DNA of 37,502 nucleotides from a virus (taxonomy: Duplodnaviria > Caudoviricetes). Under the pieces are notes generated by a model. That model was given only the letters and a program-made list of their open reading frames with translations, ran no database searches and was not told the origin of the DNA. Positions within the stretch are counted from its first letter, which is position 1. Each line of letters opens with the position of its first letter. The position numbers and the translations under genes are program-made. The stretch spans positions 1 to 37,502 of IMG/VR virus record IMGVR_UViG_3300020269_000018, one strand, 5' to 3'. This document shows, piece after piece, positions 25,701 to 35,741 of this stretch.

Positions 25701-28358
25701 TAAAGATTTAGATTTGCCTAATGTACCGTCTTTTTTTAAAGACTTTATCCTGTTCATAATGTAGCTATATTTAGCAAATCGTTTTTGTGTATGAGGTAGG
25801 TTAAAAAAGTTTTCCTCATCATCAAACATACTTTGAGGATTATTAGTTTGACCTCCACCTCCATCTCCTCCACGACCATCTCCACTCTTTGCTCCTATCC
25901 CACTTCTATTTGGTCTATTACCATTCTTCTTATATGTAGTAAAATCAACCTTATTCATATCAGTTGTGTGCCTGTATTCCAGAGGTAATTCACTTTTTTT
26001 AAATTGAAATCTACCACTATTAAAATCATTGAAAATTTTAGTTGTTTGCTCTATTCCGAATTTAGATTTTAAATTTGCCAACATACGTCTAAAATATTCT
26101 TGCATTTCTTGACCTAATCTTTTCCATGAACCTATTGGAGCATGAGGTAATCTTCCGTCAAATTCCAGAAACGCATCAGTCATAGTTTCTGCAAAGTATT
26201 CATCTATATTTTTGTATCTGTATGTTTCTTCTGTAAATTTTGTATTTTCATAAAATCTTTTTTTTATACTTTTAAATGAAGGTAAATTATCCCATTCTAT
26301 GCTTTTACCTACTCTGTCATATTCTCTATCCATTCTTCTGCCATAGCTTTCTAGTTGCTCGTAAGTTATCAACTTTTTAAAATCTTCCCATTTTGTTTTT
26401 TCTATAAAGTCTTTTTTATTAGCTTCAAATTCTATAAGATAGTTTTTTCTTTTTTTTGCAAATTCTTTTCTTAATCTATTTAAATCTTCTGTTGGTAAAT
26501 ATCTAGATAGTGTATGCCAAAGTTCATGTATATATGTTCTACTAAAATCACCTTGATCAATTGTTTTTTGATTAATTGATATTAATTTCTTATTAAAATC
26601 AAAATTACCTGCTGCACTTATTTTGCTATTAATACTAAATGAAACATCTCTAAGCCTAGCATCACCTATGCTATCAATAAACATATTTAAAAGATCAGCA
26701 TCACCATCTGATAACTGTTGAATTTTAATAGGAGGTAATATAGTTGTAGTTCCTGATTTAAAATCTGGTATTTTTCTCTCAGGCATAAATGTATTTTTAA
26801 AATTTAAAAACTTAAGCCTTTCTTTTAAATACTCTTTACCTCTACTGCCATATAATCCTTGACCTGACTCTACTTTTGTTTTATATGGTATTGCTTTTTC
26901 TTCTACATTTTTTATATTTAATAATTGACCTAAATTTTCTTCAGTCAAATTACCATTTACATCTAACTCACCAATAGCTCTATTTACATAACTTATACTA
27001 CCTAAATCTTCATCAGCTAAACTTTCTATGATAATGTCATTTCTTCTGTATAACTCATCTAATTTTTTATCTAAACTTAATTCACTCCATTTAATTTCAT
27101 CTAAATGATCGAAATTAACTTCTGGTTTAAAACCTCTGGTTTCTTCTAATTTTTTTGTAATTGCAGTAACTAAATCAGGATTATTTTTAATTGCTTTAAA
27201 TTTATTTATTGCACCATCTATTAAAAATTTTGTTAATTCAATAGTTTCTCCACTTGCTTCTTTAAAACCTATTCTCCCTGCTCTATTCAGACCTCTTACA
27301 CCTCCATAAGCAAACTGAATAGGTAATGCTTCTGACAAAGCAAATTTTAATTTAGATTGAATAAATCCTTCTTCTTCTGGATTTGTAGAAGTTAACCATC
27401 TATATAGACCTGTATCTAATGCTGGTACTGCTTCTACTAATGGATCAAAAGCTTTAAAGAAATTTTCTGTTTCAGCATCAAGAAACAGCATACCTGCTGC
27501 AAAATCTTCAAAACCACCTAAAGCTCTATTAAAGAAAAAGTTTTGTACATTCTTAGAATTTAATCCTTTTTTTAAAGTGTAATTAACAGGTTTATAACTA
27601 AATGCTCCTAAACCAGTTACAGGACTTACACCGCCTGTTAAAGCGTTTCCAACACTTCTTGTAGCATTACCACCGACTATAAACCTAGTTATAATACTAG
27701 ATGTTTTAAATATATTTTTATTTGCTTTCTCTGGATCTACATGAGTTAGGTTTCTAGTAATTGCATCAATATCAAATATTTCAAATTCTTGATAAGGTTC
27801 ACCTGCTAATTGCTTATATATATTGACACCAGTTTCAGCTAATTCATTCATTGCCATTGGATAAGCAGCAAAAAATCCTCTTATAATTTGACCTGTTGCG
27901 TTATCTTGATTTTGTTCAATAAAATCTATATGTTGATTAAAATGTTTTATTGCTTTTTGTTTTCTGTTTTCTAATAAATTATTCCATTTTGGTTTTAAAT
28001 TTTCTGGAAGAATATCACCTATTTTGTTATAAAAGTGTTTGTTCATAAACTGATTATCAAAACCTTCTGCATAGTTTTTCTTTTTCTTTTCATAAAAATC
28101 TTCTTTTTCCGTATCATCAAAACTTTGAATTATTTTGTCATTTTTTTTAAACGTAAATGCACTTTCATTTATGCCAAAATCTGTATCTATACTTTGAGTA
28201 AATGATTCAAATTCTTTTTCATCAGCATTATAAATATCACTTAAATTTAAACCCTCAATATTAGGCTCTATATTATTTTCTATGACTTCATTATGTTCTG
28301 AATTTAATGGTATTTTATTAACACCATCATCAATTAATTCGTTTGTTGGTTTTCCCAT
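22713..28358 (-). CDS. Large internal virion (ejection) protein, gp16-like, with an HExxH domain
   Basis: 1881 aa; synteny before the tail fibre; IHELWH...DEYFAE. Confidence 0.75.
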   Translation of the reverse strand: MGKPTNELIDDGVNKIPLNSEHNEVIENNIEPNIEGLNLSDIYNADEKEFESFTQSIDTDFGINESAFTFKKNDKIIQSFDDTEKEDFYEKKKKNYAEGFDNQFMNKHFYNKIGDILPENLKPKWNNLLENRKQKAIKHFNQHIDFIEQNQDNATGQIIRGFFAAYPMAMNELAETGVNIYKQLAGEPYQEFEIFDIDAITRNLTHVDPEKANKNIFKTSSIITRFIVGGNATRSVGNALTGGVSPVTGLGAFSYKPVNYTLKKGLNSKNVQNFFFNRALGGFEDFAAGMLFLDAETENFFKAFDPLVEAVPALDTGLYRWLTSTNPEEEGFIQSKLKFALSEALPIQFAYGGVRGLNRAGRIGFKEASGETIELTKFLIDGAINKFKAIKNNPDLVTAITKKLEETRGFKPEVNFDHLDEIKWSELSLDKKLDELYRRNDIIIESLADEDLGSISYVNRAIGELDVNGNLTEENLGQLLNIKNVEEKAIPYKTKVESGQGLYGSRGKEYLKERLKFLNFKNTFMPERKIPDFKSGTTTILPPIKIQQLSDGDADLLNMFIDSIGDARLRDVSFSINSKISAAGNFDFNKKLISINQKTIDQGDFSRTYIHELWHTLSRYLPTEDLNRLRKEFAKKRKNYLIEFEANKKDFIEKTKWEDFKKLITYEQLESYGRRMDREYDRVGKSIEWDNLPSFKSIKKRFYENTKFTEETYRYKNIDEYFAETMTDAFLEFDGRLPHAPIGSWKRLGQEMQEYFRRMLANLKSKFGIEQTTKIFNDFNSGRFQFKKSELPLEYRHTTDMNKVDFTTYKKNGNRPNRSGIGAKSGDGRGGDGGGGQTNNPQSMFDDEENFFNLPHTQKRFAKYSYIMNRIKSLKKDGTLGKSKSLRSTIENAIAMLADSQELKVRGQAMAEILNIEPLDELNYALAEQITLLANKNTELSKRLKMAIRNEDYSFVDANIEKVLSNMKEIDEWIELAVPIGSKTAQGLRSMQIPTMGIDPQEWAKLSEAEKFKFRAKLKEEIIYNSKNYSKRFSDFQAKIYEAHTEAMKDGDYTKLDNLFGVLNRANGDPRKLQKLFEQNLLTAILNDKVLHPLTDLSINLLLFHPTTLTVNFVSNSLESLFFGAELMLDPYAMLKAFKGDTRMYEENLKAFTGMFTDLEFINEVAKKSWLTDVNIINPRNTKLENVSERAFSSQMIEGQLPFSGKTYNIGGQKLDIPAFEFRNTPLGEAVAAFLDGKAKIPFSDKLPMLEDGMNFPTQAFRGGSKVMTTMDALFQAGALNGSMTFHGYRSGLKLGKTGQKLTDHVQDYLKSMQELLLSKSRKALKTGIIDDDFAEALQQSLEFAKRQTFTEPIFNKGFIFGQVADGANRITSTSPIAKRFMFFLRSPVNLMKRGWRRTPVVNFLMPELWQDLKSVDPLVARQARGSLMLGNIILLPAFATVLNMYKSNDPNNPPRVVFNGTSDNYFGGDWEQTKVKLQKMSGELPESIGILRMKDGQPVLGADNKPVYDYYSIQKLDPISQVLINAMNLFKVADQMPEQTFGEFLSSLSYYTVRSILNKGNMFGIQDFFKFIEDPTKNKTWLQRNILTSIAPRILKDAKHDVGLGLKNTGIMSESDYQNLRNKKMLSTRFDQLGWLRNFKILLDEHIFGAGDGINDKGEMKYPFEYEFITDEKVKKYKQSEGLWLLNWVNQSTSRNNPLITNFKILNYLPEPPNANLKQNVELMNPVDGIEDVDVGLDSPNYTKLIRYINNFTFPKGTQGYERFGNMNIREAITAYFDQPHIIAHMEEIEKYYRNNKVIKNEGEFEKLRNFVVYGDPRVGHTLGLDDIIRFFKRAGKEKFFIDHQDEPFVQNVIQDKMKLELQYRETIKENETFKNAFGN

Positions 28359-31348
28359 TATTTACCTGAGATAGTTTTACGAGCTTTTTTAAGTGATTCT
28401 TTTAATAATTCTAAGTCTATAATAGCTTGATTCCCTCTCTCGTCACCATCATAAAATCCTTTACCATTTGCCATAGGTGCTGCTGCAAACTCCATTGCAA
28501 CATCTTCTAATGCAGCGTCTAAATCATCTGATTTACCTAAAATATAATTTCTAACATTTGGCCTAATGCTATTCATAAGTCTTGCCCAGAACATTCTGTC
28601 TTGTGCGTCAGGACTAAATTTAGTATTTGTTCCCAAACCTGCTGCCTTCATACTTTCTTTAAATGTAACAGCTTTAAATTGATATGCACCAACTGCATAA
28701 TATTTACCACTTTCTAAATCTTCTAAGACTTCGCCTAATGTTGCTGTAGACAAACCATCTATTGTTGCAGAACGACCTGTATCACCATAATTTACTGCAT
28801 CATAATTATTGCTAGACTCACCATCTCTTATAACTCTTGCCAAATTACCATGATCAGGGAACTTAGTAACATCTATAGACTTGAAATCCATTACTTGATC
28901 TACTGGATTTTTTGGTATCTTAACAACTTGATCTTTGTAAATTAAGCTTGCATCTGTTATCTCAGGATTAATTTCTAAAATATCCTCTACAGATACACCA
29001 TAATTTTCTGCTATAACAGCTAAACTTTCACCGCTTTGTACTGTATGTGATAGTGGTTTTAAATCAACAGTATCTTCATTTAATAAACCACTTAACTCAA
29101 GAGATGCAACTTCTACTGGTTTTTCAAATAAGAAACTTGTTTTATTATTTATTTTTTTATCAGTTTCTTTATCTTTTTCTTTAATTAATTGATCTAATGA
29201 ATTATTATTGCTTTTCACTTTATTGTTATTTAGTTTATTGTCATCACTAATAACAGCACCGTCATTATTGTTATTTGTTTTGTTTAACTTTTTATTTAAT
29301 TCATTTTGTTCCTTATCATCTACTCTAAATGTAGACATTTTATTGACTTTATCATCAATATTTCTGTCATTAAAATACTGTTGATAGAATTTATCAGGAA
29401 CTTTAAATTGTGTAAATAACTCTTTTGGTGGATTAATTGCTGTATGTTCACCACTTTGGAATTTTTCATATAAATCTTTATTAGTAAATCTATTAAGAGT
29501 AATTTTAAAGCTTGATCCATCTCTAGCAAATAAGTCAAAGGTTATATTTTCTGGATAGATAGTACCTACAAGTTGCTTATCTATAAATGGTACAATTGTG
29601 TTTTCAAAATATTCAGATAATTCAGTTTCAGTCGGAGGTGTTTTTTGTGATCTTCTCCAATCGTTAAATTTTTCTAATGATAATCTAAGAACTTTTGTTC
29701 CAATAATGTTTGCTTGTTTACCATCTAACTCAAATGGATTTGTAGATAAATCATTATTATAAAAATCATTTATAGATACAATTGCACCTGTATCTGTTTC
29801 TGTAAGTTTTAGAAGATTAAATATCTTATTTTTAATAGCATTATTGTAATACTTGTACCCACCTACAAGTTGGTTATCAGGAATAGCTCTTATATCACCT
29901 GAGATACTATCTACAAGTCCTTTTTCTACTTTTGTAAGCCGACCATAACCACCCAATTTATTTACTATTGCTAAGAAATCTGTACCTGCTCTTTCTGGAT
30001 CATCATCATAGTCACCACTATTAACAGATAATCGAAATTCTAATAATGTTTGTTTTCTATCTCCGTTATATAGATCTACATACGAGTCAATCATATCTTT
30101 ATACTCTGGTGAAATCTTATATAAAGTGTCAAATATGACTTGGCCTTCTTCTGTCATAAAGTAAATTTTACCGTCTGGACTAACTTCTAATGCTTTTTCT
30201 ATTACAGTATTAACTTTATTTCTTGCTATATCTTCTTTACTCTTTTCTTTATCTTCTTTTAGTCTGTCATATTCTTTTCCTATTTTTACTTTTAGAGCAA
30301 ACTTTTTTGTTGCAAAATCTTTGTGTTGCAATAATTTATTTTTTCCATTGCCATATTGTATATTTTCAGCCCAATCTAAAAAAGCAAAAGCTTCTTCTTT
30401 GCCAAATTTTTCATTAATTTGCAAAGCTACGCTTTCTACATTTTTAATTAAATTTTCATAATATTTAACTGTTTTATCAGACGTTAAACCCATCTGAAAA
30501 TCTAAATTTATTTTACCGTTTATTAATCCATAACTATCACTAATAGCTTCTAAAGCTTCTTCATCAGAAGCAAAACTATCCCATTTTGGTGTAGAAAGAT
30601 CAGAATCTTTTGTTTTAATCCAAGACTGCAATAGAAAACTATTGTTCATAGCAGTTAAATTATTAAATCTAAAATCTTTGTGTTTTGTTATATGATCATT
30701 TTCTACTTTTAAAAAAGCTTTTTCTTTAGCGTCTAAGTATTTTAATGCATCTTCTGGTTTTAAACCTTCTGCTTCATAAGTACCTATAGCATCTACATTT
30801 CTTGCAAACTCTTTATATGCTTCTGAATTTTTTGGAAATTCATACAATGGGCGATCTTCAAATACTGGTTCTTGATTTTCATCTAAAATAGGTAAACCAT
30901 CATTAGTAAAAAGTTGTTTTTTACCTGTTGAAGTTGCATATAGAGTTTGTATTTCTCTATCAATTTTGCTACTTAATAATGTTCCTCTTGCTTGGTTAAA
31001 AGCATCTTCAGCAAAAAAACTACCTCCAATAAAACGATTAGTTATACCATCATCTTTGTTTTTTCTAAGTTCATCTACAACTTCTTTAAAACCACCTTCT
31101 TCTCTATTTTTTCTAACAGCTAATTCAAATCCTTTTTGTTTTTCTTCTTTGATTTTATTTTTTAAATCTACAGCAAAAATAGCATTAAGTGCAGGGTTTA
31201 CTGCAACTAATGCTTCTGTCATTACGTCTAACGCACCTCTTTTTTGTTCTACTTCTTGAGGCGGTTTTACAAAAGTATCAGAGTAACCCTTACCTTGAGG
31301 AGTAAACTCTGTTCCTTTGTATAATCTACCGTTGGATGGTTGTACCAT
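28358..31348 (-). CDS. Internal virion protein, gp15-like, with C-terminal LysM and lysozyme-like domains
   Basis: HTVQSGESL..IA..YGVS..DI...NP.I (LysM); GES..NY.A.N, AVGAYQF, FSP..QD (lysozyme fold). Confidence 0.8.
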   Translation of the reverse strand: MVQPSNGRLYKGTEFTPQGKGYSDTFVKPPQEVEQKRGALDVMTEALVAVNPALNAIFAVDLKNKIKEEKQKGFELAVRKNREEGGFKEVVDELRKNKDDGITNRFIGGSFFAEDAFNQARGTLLSSKIDREIQTLYATSTGKKQLFTNDGLPILDENQEPVFEDRPLYEFPKNSEAYKEFARNVDAIGTYEAEGLKPEDALKYLDAKEKAFLKVENDHITKHKDFRFNNLTAMNNSFLLQSWIKTKDSDLSTPKWDSFASDEEALEAISDSYGLINGKINLDFQMGLTSDKTVKYYENLIKNVESVALQINEKFGKEEAFAFLDWAENIQYGNGKNKLLQHKDFATKKFALKVKIGKEYDRLKEDKEKSKEDIARNKVNTVIEKALEVSPDGKIYFMTEEGQVIFDTLYKISPEYKDMIDSYVDLYNGDRKQTLLEFRLSVNSGDYDDDPERAGTDFLAIVNKLGGYGRLTKVEKGLVDSISGDIRAIPDNQLVGGYKYYNNAIKNKIFNLLKLTETDTGAIVSINDFYNNDLSTNPFELDGKQANIIGTKVLRLSLEKFNDWRRSQKTPPTETELSEYFENTIVPFIDKQLVGTIYPENITFDLFARDGSSFKITLNRFTNKDLYEKFQSGEHTAINPPKELFTQFKVPDKFYQQYFNDRNIDDKVNKMSTFRVDDKEQNELNKKLNKTNNNNDGAVISDDNKLNNNKVKSNNNSLDQLIKEKDKETDKKINNKTSFLFEKPVEVASLELSGLLNEDTVDLKPLSHTVQSGESLAVIAENYGVSVEDILEINPEITDASLIYKDQVVKIPKNPVDQVMDFKSIDVTKFPDHGNLARVIRDGESSNNYDAVNYGDTGRSATIDGLSTATLGEVLEDLESGKYYAVGAYQFKAVTFKESMKAAGLGTNTKFSPDAQDRMFWARLMNSIRPNVRNYILGKSDDLDAALEDVAMEFAAAPMANGKGFYDGDERGNQAIIDLELLKESLKKARKTISGK

Positions 31349-32053
31349 TTAAGCTGCCCTCAAGGTTGCATAAGTACCTGCACTTTGACCCACAGATTTA
31401 AGTATTGCTCCAAACAATGTCGGTGCATTATTAGCAGCATTTGTTGCTCTAGTAATCTGGTCTTTAGCTAAATTATACCTATTATCTCTTCTTGCTCTAG
31501 CTCCGTCTATATCTCTTTGTGTTTGTGATAACAAACTGTCTCTTTCTTGTTCTATTCCTTCAACTAAATTAGATGTTTGATTTTCTATGTCTTGTAGCAA
31601 TAAAGCAATAGTATTACCTGATTTTTCTGTTGCTCTCATAGCACCTTCTAACTGTAAGCCTTGTATTTTTGTTGTCATAATTTTCTGTTTTTTAGCTGCA
31701 TCTTTTTCTTTTTGTAATGCTAATATTGCTCTTTCTTGATCAGCTTTTGCCTGTTCAGCATTTCTAATCATTTCTAATGAAGATCTATAAATACCTCTTG
31801 TTTGATCAAATATTAGTTTTCTTTGTTGAATAGTTGAGAAAATACTAGTTCCTAAATTTAAACCTGCTGATAGTAAAAATGGTTTAGCTGCTGCACCAAG
31901 ACCTAAAAAACTACTTGCGGTAGCTGCTGTAGTGGCTGCTGTGGCTGCGGTTGTCGCTGCTGCTGTGGCTGCTGTAGCACCTGCTGCGGCTGCGGTTGTG
32001 GCTGCGGTTGTACCTGTTACTGCTGGTGCAGCTAATCCAAGACCTAAACACAT
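31349..32053 (-). CDS. Internal virion protein, gp14-like
   Basis: MC start, hydrophobic Ala/Gly N-terminus, coiled coil, synteny. Confidence 0.75.
   Translation of the reverse strand: MCLGLGLAAPAVTGTTAATTAAAAGATAATAAATTAATAATTAATASSFLGLGAAAKPFLLSAGLNLGTSIFSTIQQRKLIFDQTRGIYRSSLEMIRNAEQAKADQERAILALQKEKDAAKKQKIMTTKIQGLQLEGAMRATEKSGNTIALLLQDIENQTSNLVEGIEQERDSLLSQTQRDIDGARARRDNRYNLAKDQITRATNAANNAPTLFGAILKSVGQSAGTYATLRAA
31915..32012 (-). repeat. Low-complexity Thr/Ala codon repeat in the gp14-like gene
   Basis: Degenerate GCN/ACN tandem encoding TTAATTAAAAGATAATAAATTAATAATTAATA. Confidence 0.8.
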
Positions 32054-32505
32054 TAAATTATCCTCATAAATTCATAAAATGGTTTTTTATGTAACCCATA
32101 TTCTTTATGTAAATTTATAAAGTTAAAATTCATAGAACGCAACCATTTAATGGACACTTCGTTTTCAGCATATACATAATTATAAAGGTAATCATAAGTT
32201 TGTAAAAGAGTACTCACCCATTCCTTACCTTTTCTTATAAGTTGTATTTTATATTTCTTGTTATCAAACAACTCATCAGTTGCTACAAACCATATACACC
32301 CATTAGGCATAACACCACATAAACCCATAGGTTGATCTTCATCACCTGCTGCTGTCATAGTGATTTGGCTATTTATATATGTAAGTGCTAACGCATCTTC
32401 TGGTTCACAACCACATTGATAATATGCTTCTATTTTGTCCATAGTACGCATATTTTTCATAACATGACGTAGATCTTTGCTATTAGATTTTCTTAAATAT
32501 CCCAT
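32053..32505 (-). CDS. gp13-like protein, putative acetyltransferase fold
   Basis: R.MD.IE, G.IW.V.T, LYNYV...N..SIKWL..M.F, PFYEF; synteny after tail tube B. Confidence 0.8.
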   Translation of the reverse strand: MGYLRKSNSKDLRHVMKNMRTMDKIEAYYQCGCEPEDALALTYINSQITMTAAGDEDQPMGLCGVMPNGCIWFVATDELFDNKKYKIQLIRKGKEWVSTLLQTYDYLYNYVYAENEVSIKWLRSMNFNFINLHKEYGLHKKPFYEFMRII

Positions 32506-34973
32506 TATATTCTCCTACTTCTCATATAAAACAATCCTTCAAATTCTGCACTTGCAAGTTGAGTAGGTAAAAAAGTGTTGTTCTTTACGTCAATATCTAC
32601 AGTATCGGCTCTTGTCATTATTGGAAATCTAAATGTACCAGAAGCCAAATTTACTTCACCAATAGAAGTAGAAGCAGAACCTAACAACCTACCAGTAAAT
32701 TTATGAACACTTGTATCTCTACTATCTGGTGTTACTTCTACTTGAAAAAATCCTGTTCTTTCATATTTGATATACCAATGATGTATTTGTAAACGACCAG
32801 CAATTACTTCTCCTTGTTGATCGCCACCTGCTGTTTGTAAGATTCTTTGCCGACTAAATCTAAATAACATTTCATATGGTTCACCAATAATAAATTTAGA
32901 ATTTCTATAATCACCTTTAACAACAATAGTGTTTACTGAACCATTAGTAACATTTGTAGATTGTACAACTTGTGCAGGTTTTAAAGTTTGTGTATTACCT
33001 TGAGGATCAACATATGTACTAGTTTCTGTTGAAGATAAATATCTACCTACTATATTCATCTTTCCTCTTAGTTGATAAGGCAACGTAAAAGTAGATGCGT
33101 TAGTAGTAGGGTTATAAGCAACACTAACTCCTGTTGTTGCTTCTGTCACTTTATGATCTAGATGATATTCAAATTCTGAATATGGTTCTTTATAATCAGC
33201 AGCAAATGGCATTTTTTCTAAAGTTGTACCTGTTGGCTGTTCTATAACCATAAATAAATCATTATTAATAAAGTCAATATTTCTAATTATTCTTGCTTCA
33301 TTAATAGTAAAAGTAGACCAAGAGTTTAAAATTTTGTTTGCTCTTTCGCCTTCTAACCATCTATTAACATACAAAGTATTTGGATTATCAGTACCTAATA
33401 ATATAAGGACATCTTCATTGGTTGATACTGCAAATTTAAATATATTTCTTTTTATAAGTCTAGGAATATGAATAGTAATATTTGCTGCATCTCTTACTTG
33501 TACATCTCCTTGCGTTATATATTCTCTAACACCTGCAAATTCACCTTTATCAGTTAAATAATAAATAGAAGAACCAGAACCAACAGGCTGTGCTGCTGAA
33601 CTACTCTCAAATTCAGTTGCAACAATAACGTTAGCAGTTGATGGCGTTAATGTATCAGAAGAACTAGCTAATACAAATTGCGTTTGATCAGAAAACAAAA
33701 TTAATTGTTCACCCATAGATACAGCGTTTTTAAGTATCGCAACCTTTGTGTGTGACGCTGCAACGTCTATTGGATCAGAATCAATAACAGTAATAACTGT
33801 CTCTGGAAAAAAGTTAAAAAATTCAGAAACCCTTGATAATATGACGTTATCATCAGCTAAGAACCCTAGCCTGTTTCTAAAGAAAAATACATTATTTATA
33901 GGAGCATCAATAAAAGAAGGATTAGGTGCTGACTCTTCATCTCCAACAGTCCTTTCACCCCATTGCGGTAATGTATATGATTGCGTAGTACTACCAACAG
34001 TAACGCTATATGTATCACCATCTACTCTTGCAAATCTAAAATCACCATCTGCCTGACGTATTAAAACGTGTGGCATAGTGTCATAATTAAATTTAAATTT
34101 TATTCCATCTTTTACTGTTTCCTCCCATTGTCCCTCTTCTAATGCACCACCATTATTAGTAACAAACTTAACGTAATAATTATCAAAATTAGTTGACTCA
34201 TCACCTTTAACTTCTACTACATAACCGTTTGGTGAAACAGTAGGTAAATCTGTAAATCTCTGTACAGAATCTTTGACTATAGTAATTGTTGTATTTCCTT
34301 GCGTATCACCACCATCAATAGAAAAATTAGATCCGTCATTTTTTTTAATATGTAATACTGCACCATTTTGTGCAATAGTAAAACCTGTAAGTGCAGAGTT
34401 TAAAGAGTTTTTTAAAGATGTAGCAACAGTAGTTGTACTAAGTGGATTATCAGCAGAGGTATCTTTAGTGACTGTATTGCCATCAACTGTAAGTGTATAA
34501 GTTGTTTTGTCTAAGACTTGATTTATAAATACAATCGCTTGCGTATCACTACCTGCTGATAGAGTAGTGTCCATTTGTGTAACTATACTTGTATTAACAA
34601 CAAACGTGAAGTCAGCAATAGTTACAGTTTTAATCTGATCTCTTGGATTAGTAGTTGCTAAGTAAGTAACGCCATCAGGTTTATGTACAGTTTTTTCTGT
34701 ACCATCAAGTTCAAAAACTTTTACATCACCATTACTAAAAATAGCTATATATCTTTCTGATAAATCTCTGTTAATAGTTTGTATGTGAACGTTACCAATT
34801 GTGCTATTACTTATTGTTGCTAAATATTGTGTTCCTGATCTTTTTGTTAAACCTTGTACTGGATTACTATTAGCATTATTTTGCAAATCAGCGTGATCAG
34901 CTTGCTTTGTTGAGTCAGCAGCTTGTGATACCCCTCTTAATAAAGTAGGAATAGATCTTGAGATAACGCCCAT
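32505..34973 (-). CDS. Tail tubular protein B / nozzle (T7 gp12-like)
   Basis: GVSQ, GL.KR.G, TMPH.L.R, W..R.VGD....P.PSF, FFRNRLGFL, DPID, SWS. Confidence 0.95.
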   Translation of the reverse strand: MGVISRSIPTLLRGVSQAADSTKQADHADLQNNANSNPVQGLTKRSGTQYLATISNSTIGNVHIQTINRDLSERYIAIFSNGDVKVFELDGTEKTVHKPDGVTYLATTNPRDQIKTVTIADFTFVVNTSIVTQMDTTLSAGSDTQAIVFINQVLDKTTYTLTVDGNTVTKDTSADNPLSTTTVATSLKNSLNSALTGFTIAQNGAVLHIKKNDGSNFSIDGGDTQGNTTITIVKDSVQRFTDLPTVSPNGYVVEVKGDESTNFDNYYVKFVTNNGGALEEGQWEETVKDGIKFKFNYDTMPHVLIRQADGDFRFARVDGDTYSVTVGSTTQSYTLPQWGERTVGDEESAPNPSFIDAPINNVFFFRNRLGFLADDNVILSRVSEFFNFFPETVITVIDSDPIDVAASHTKVAILKNAVSMGEQLILFSDQTQFVLASSSDTLTPSTANVIVATEFESSSAAQPVGSGSSIYYLTDKGEFAGVREYITQGDVQVRDAANITIHIPRLIKRNIFKFAVSTNEDVLILLGTDNPNTLYVNRWLEGERANKILNSWSTFTINEARIIRNIDFINNDLFMVIEQPTGTTLEKMPFAADYKEPYSEFEYHLDHKVTEATTGVSVAYNPTTNASTFTLPYQLRGKMNIVGRYLSSTETSTYVDPQGNTQTLKPAQVVQSTNVTNGSVNTIVVKGDYRNSKFIIGEPYEMLFRFSRQRILQTAGGDQQGEVIAGRLQIHHWYIKYERTGFFQVEVTPDSRDTSVHKFTGRLLGSASTSIGEVNLASGTFRFPIMTRADTVDIDVKNNTFLPTQLASAEFEGLFYMRSRRI

Positions 34974-35587
34974 TAGTCTCTAATAAGTGCAGATGAAGGG
35001 TTAAATGTATTTAATCTACCTGTTAAAGCTGGATCTCCTATTAACATATTTGTATCATTGTTTTCGTTATCACTATCTAACAAAATTGCTCTAGCTCTTG
35101 TTTCATCTTGTTGTGTATAAGTTCTCAAACTTTCATCAGTAACAGCACGATCTACAAATACTCTAGCTGCCTTTATATTTATATATCTTCTAGCTGGTTC
35201 TGGTAATTCTTCAAACTTTAAAAAATATAAGACTTCACATTTAAGATCTTCATCAAAAATATCTGTATGTTTAAACCTATCATAAAGTTTTAATCCACGT
35301 TGTACTGCATCAACTTGTGGATGATCATGTATATTTACGTCTACTTTTAAAACATTTGCTGGTAAATTAATTTTATTATTAGCACTTCTAGTTAACACAA
35401 CATTATATTCAGTATTAAATGACCAACCTTCACCTTGAACAGATTTACTTTGTTCATTTAACAAGTTTTGTGCAATTTTAACGTCAACAGGAAGCGTACC
35501 AGTAAGTTTATTTACTGGTGCTTCACCAATTGCAGCTAACATAATGTTAATTGCTTCTAGTTCTGTCGTTGCTGCGGTAATACTCAT
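34973..35587 (-). CDS. Tail tubular protein A (T7 gp11-like)
   Basis: TELEAIN.ML.AIGEAPV, VQ.EGWSFN, RG..LYD, FEELP...R.YI...AAR.F. Confidence 0.95.
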   Translation of the reverse strand: MSITAATTELEAINIMLAAIGEAPVNKLTGTLPVDVKIAQNLLNEQSKSVQGEGWSFNTEYNVVLTRSANNKINLPANVLKVDVNIHDHPQVDAVQRGLKLYDRFKHTDIFDEDLKCEVLYFLKFEELPEPARRYINIKAARVFVDRAVTDESLRTYTQQDETRARAILLDSDNENNDTNMLIGDPALTGRLNTFNPSSALIRD

Positions 35588-35739
35588 TTTTTCTTAGCAG
35601 TTTTAGCTGCATCTCTAAAGTTTTTCGCAGTAGGTCTACCCTTTTCACCTTTTTTCCTCATTTTTTCTTTACTACCTCCTTTTATACGCTTTCTTTTTGC
35701 ATGAATGTTAGCGTACAATCCTAGTTTTTTTCTAGCCAT
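35584..35739 (-). CDS. Basic peptide, 51 aa (MARKKLGLYANIHAKRKRIK...PTAKNFRDAAKTAKKK)
   Basis: Translated by hand; ATGA overlap with the tail tube A start. Confidence 0.75.
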   Translation of the reverse strand: MARKKLGLYANIHAKRKRIKGGSKEKMRKKGEKGRPTAKNFRDAAKTAKKK

Positions 35740-35741
35740 AG

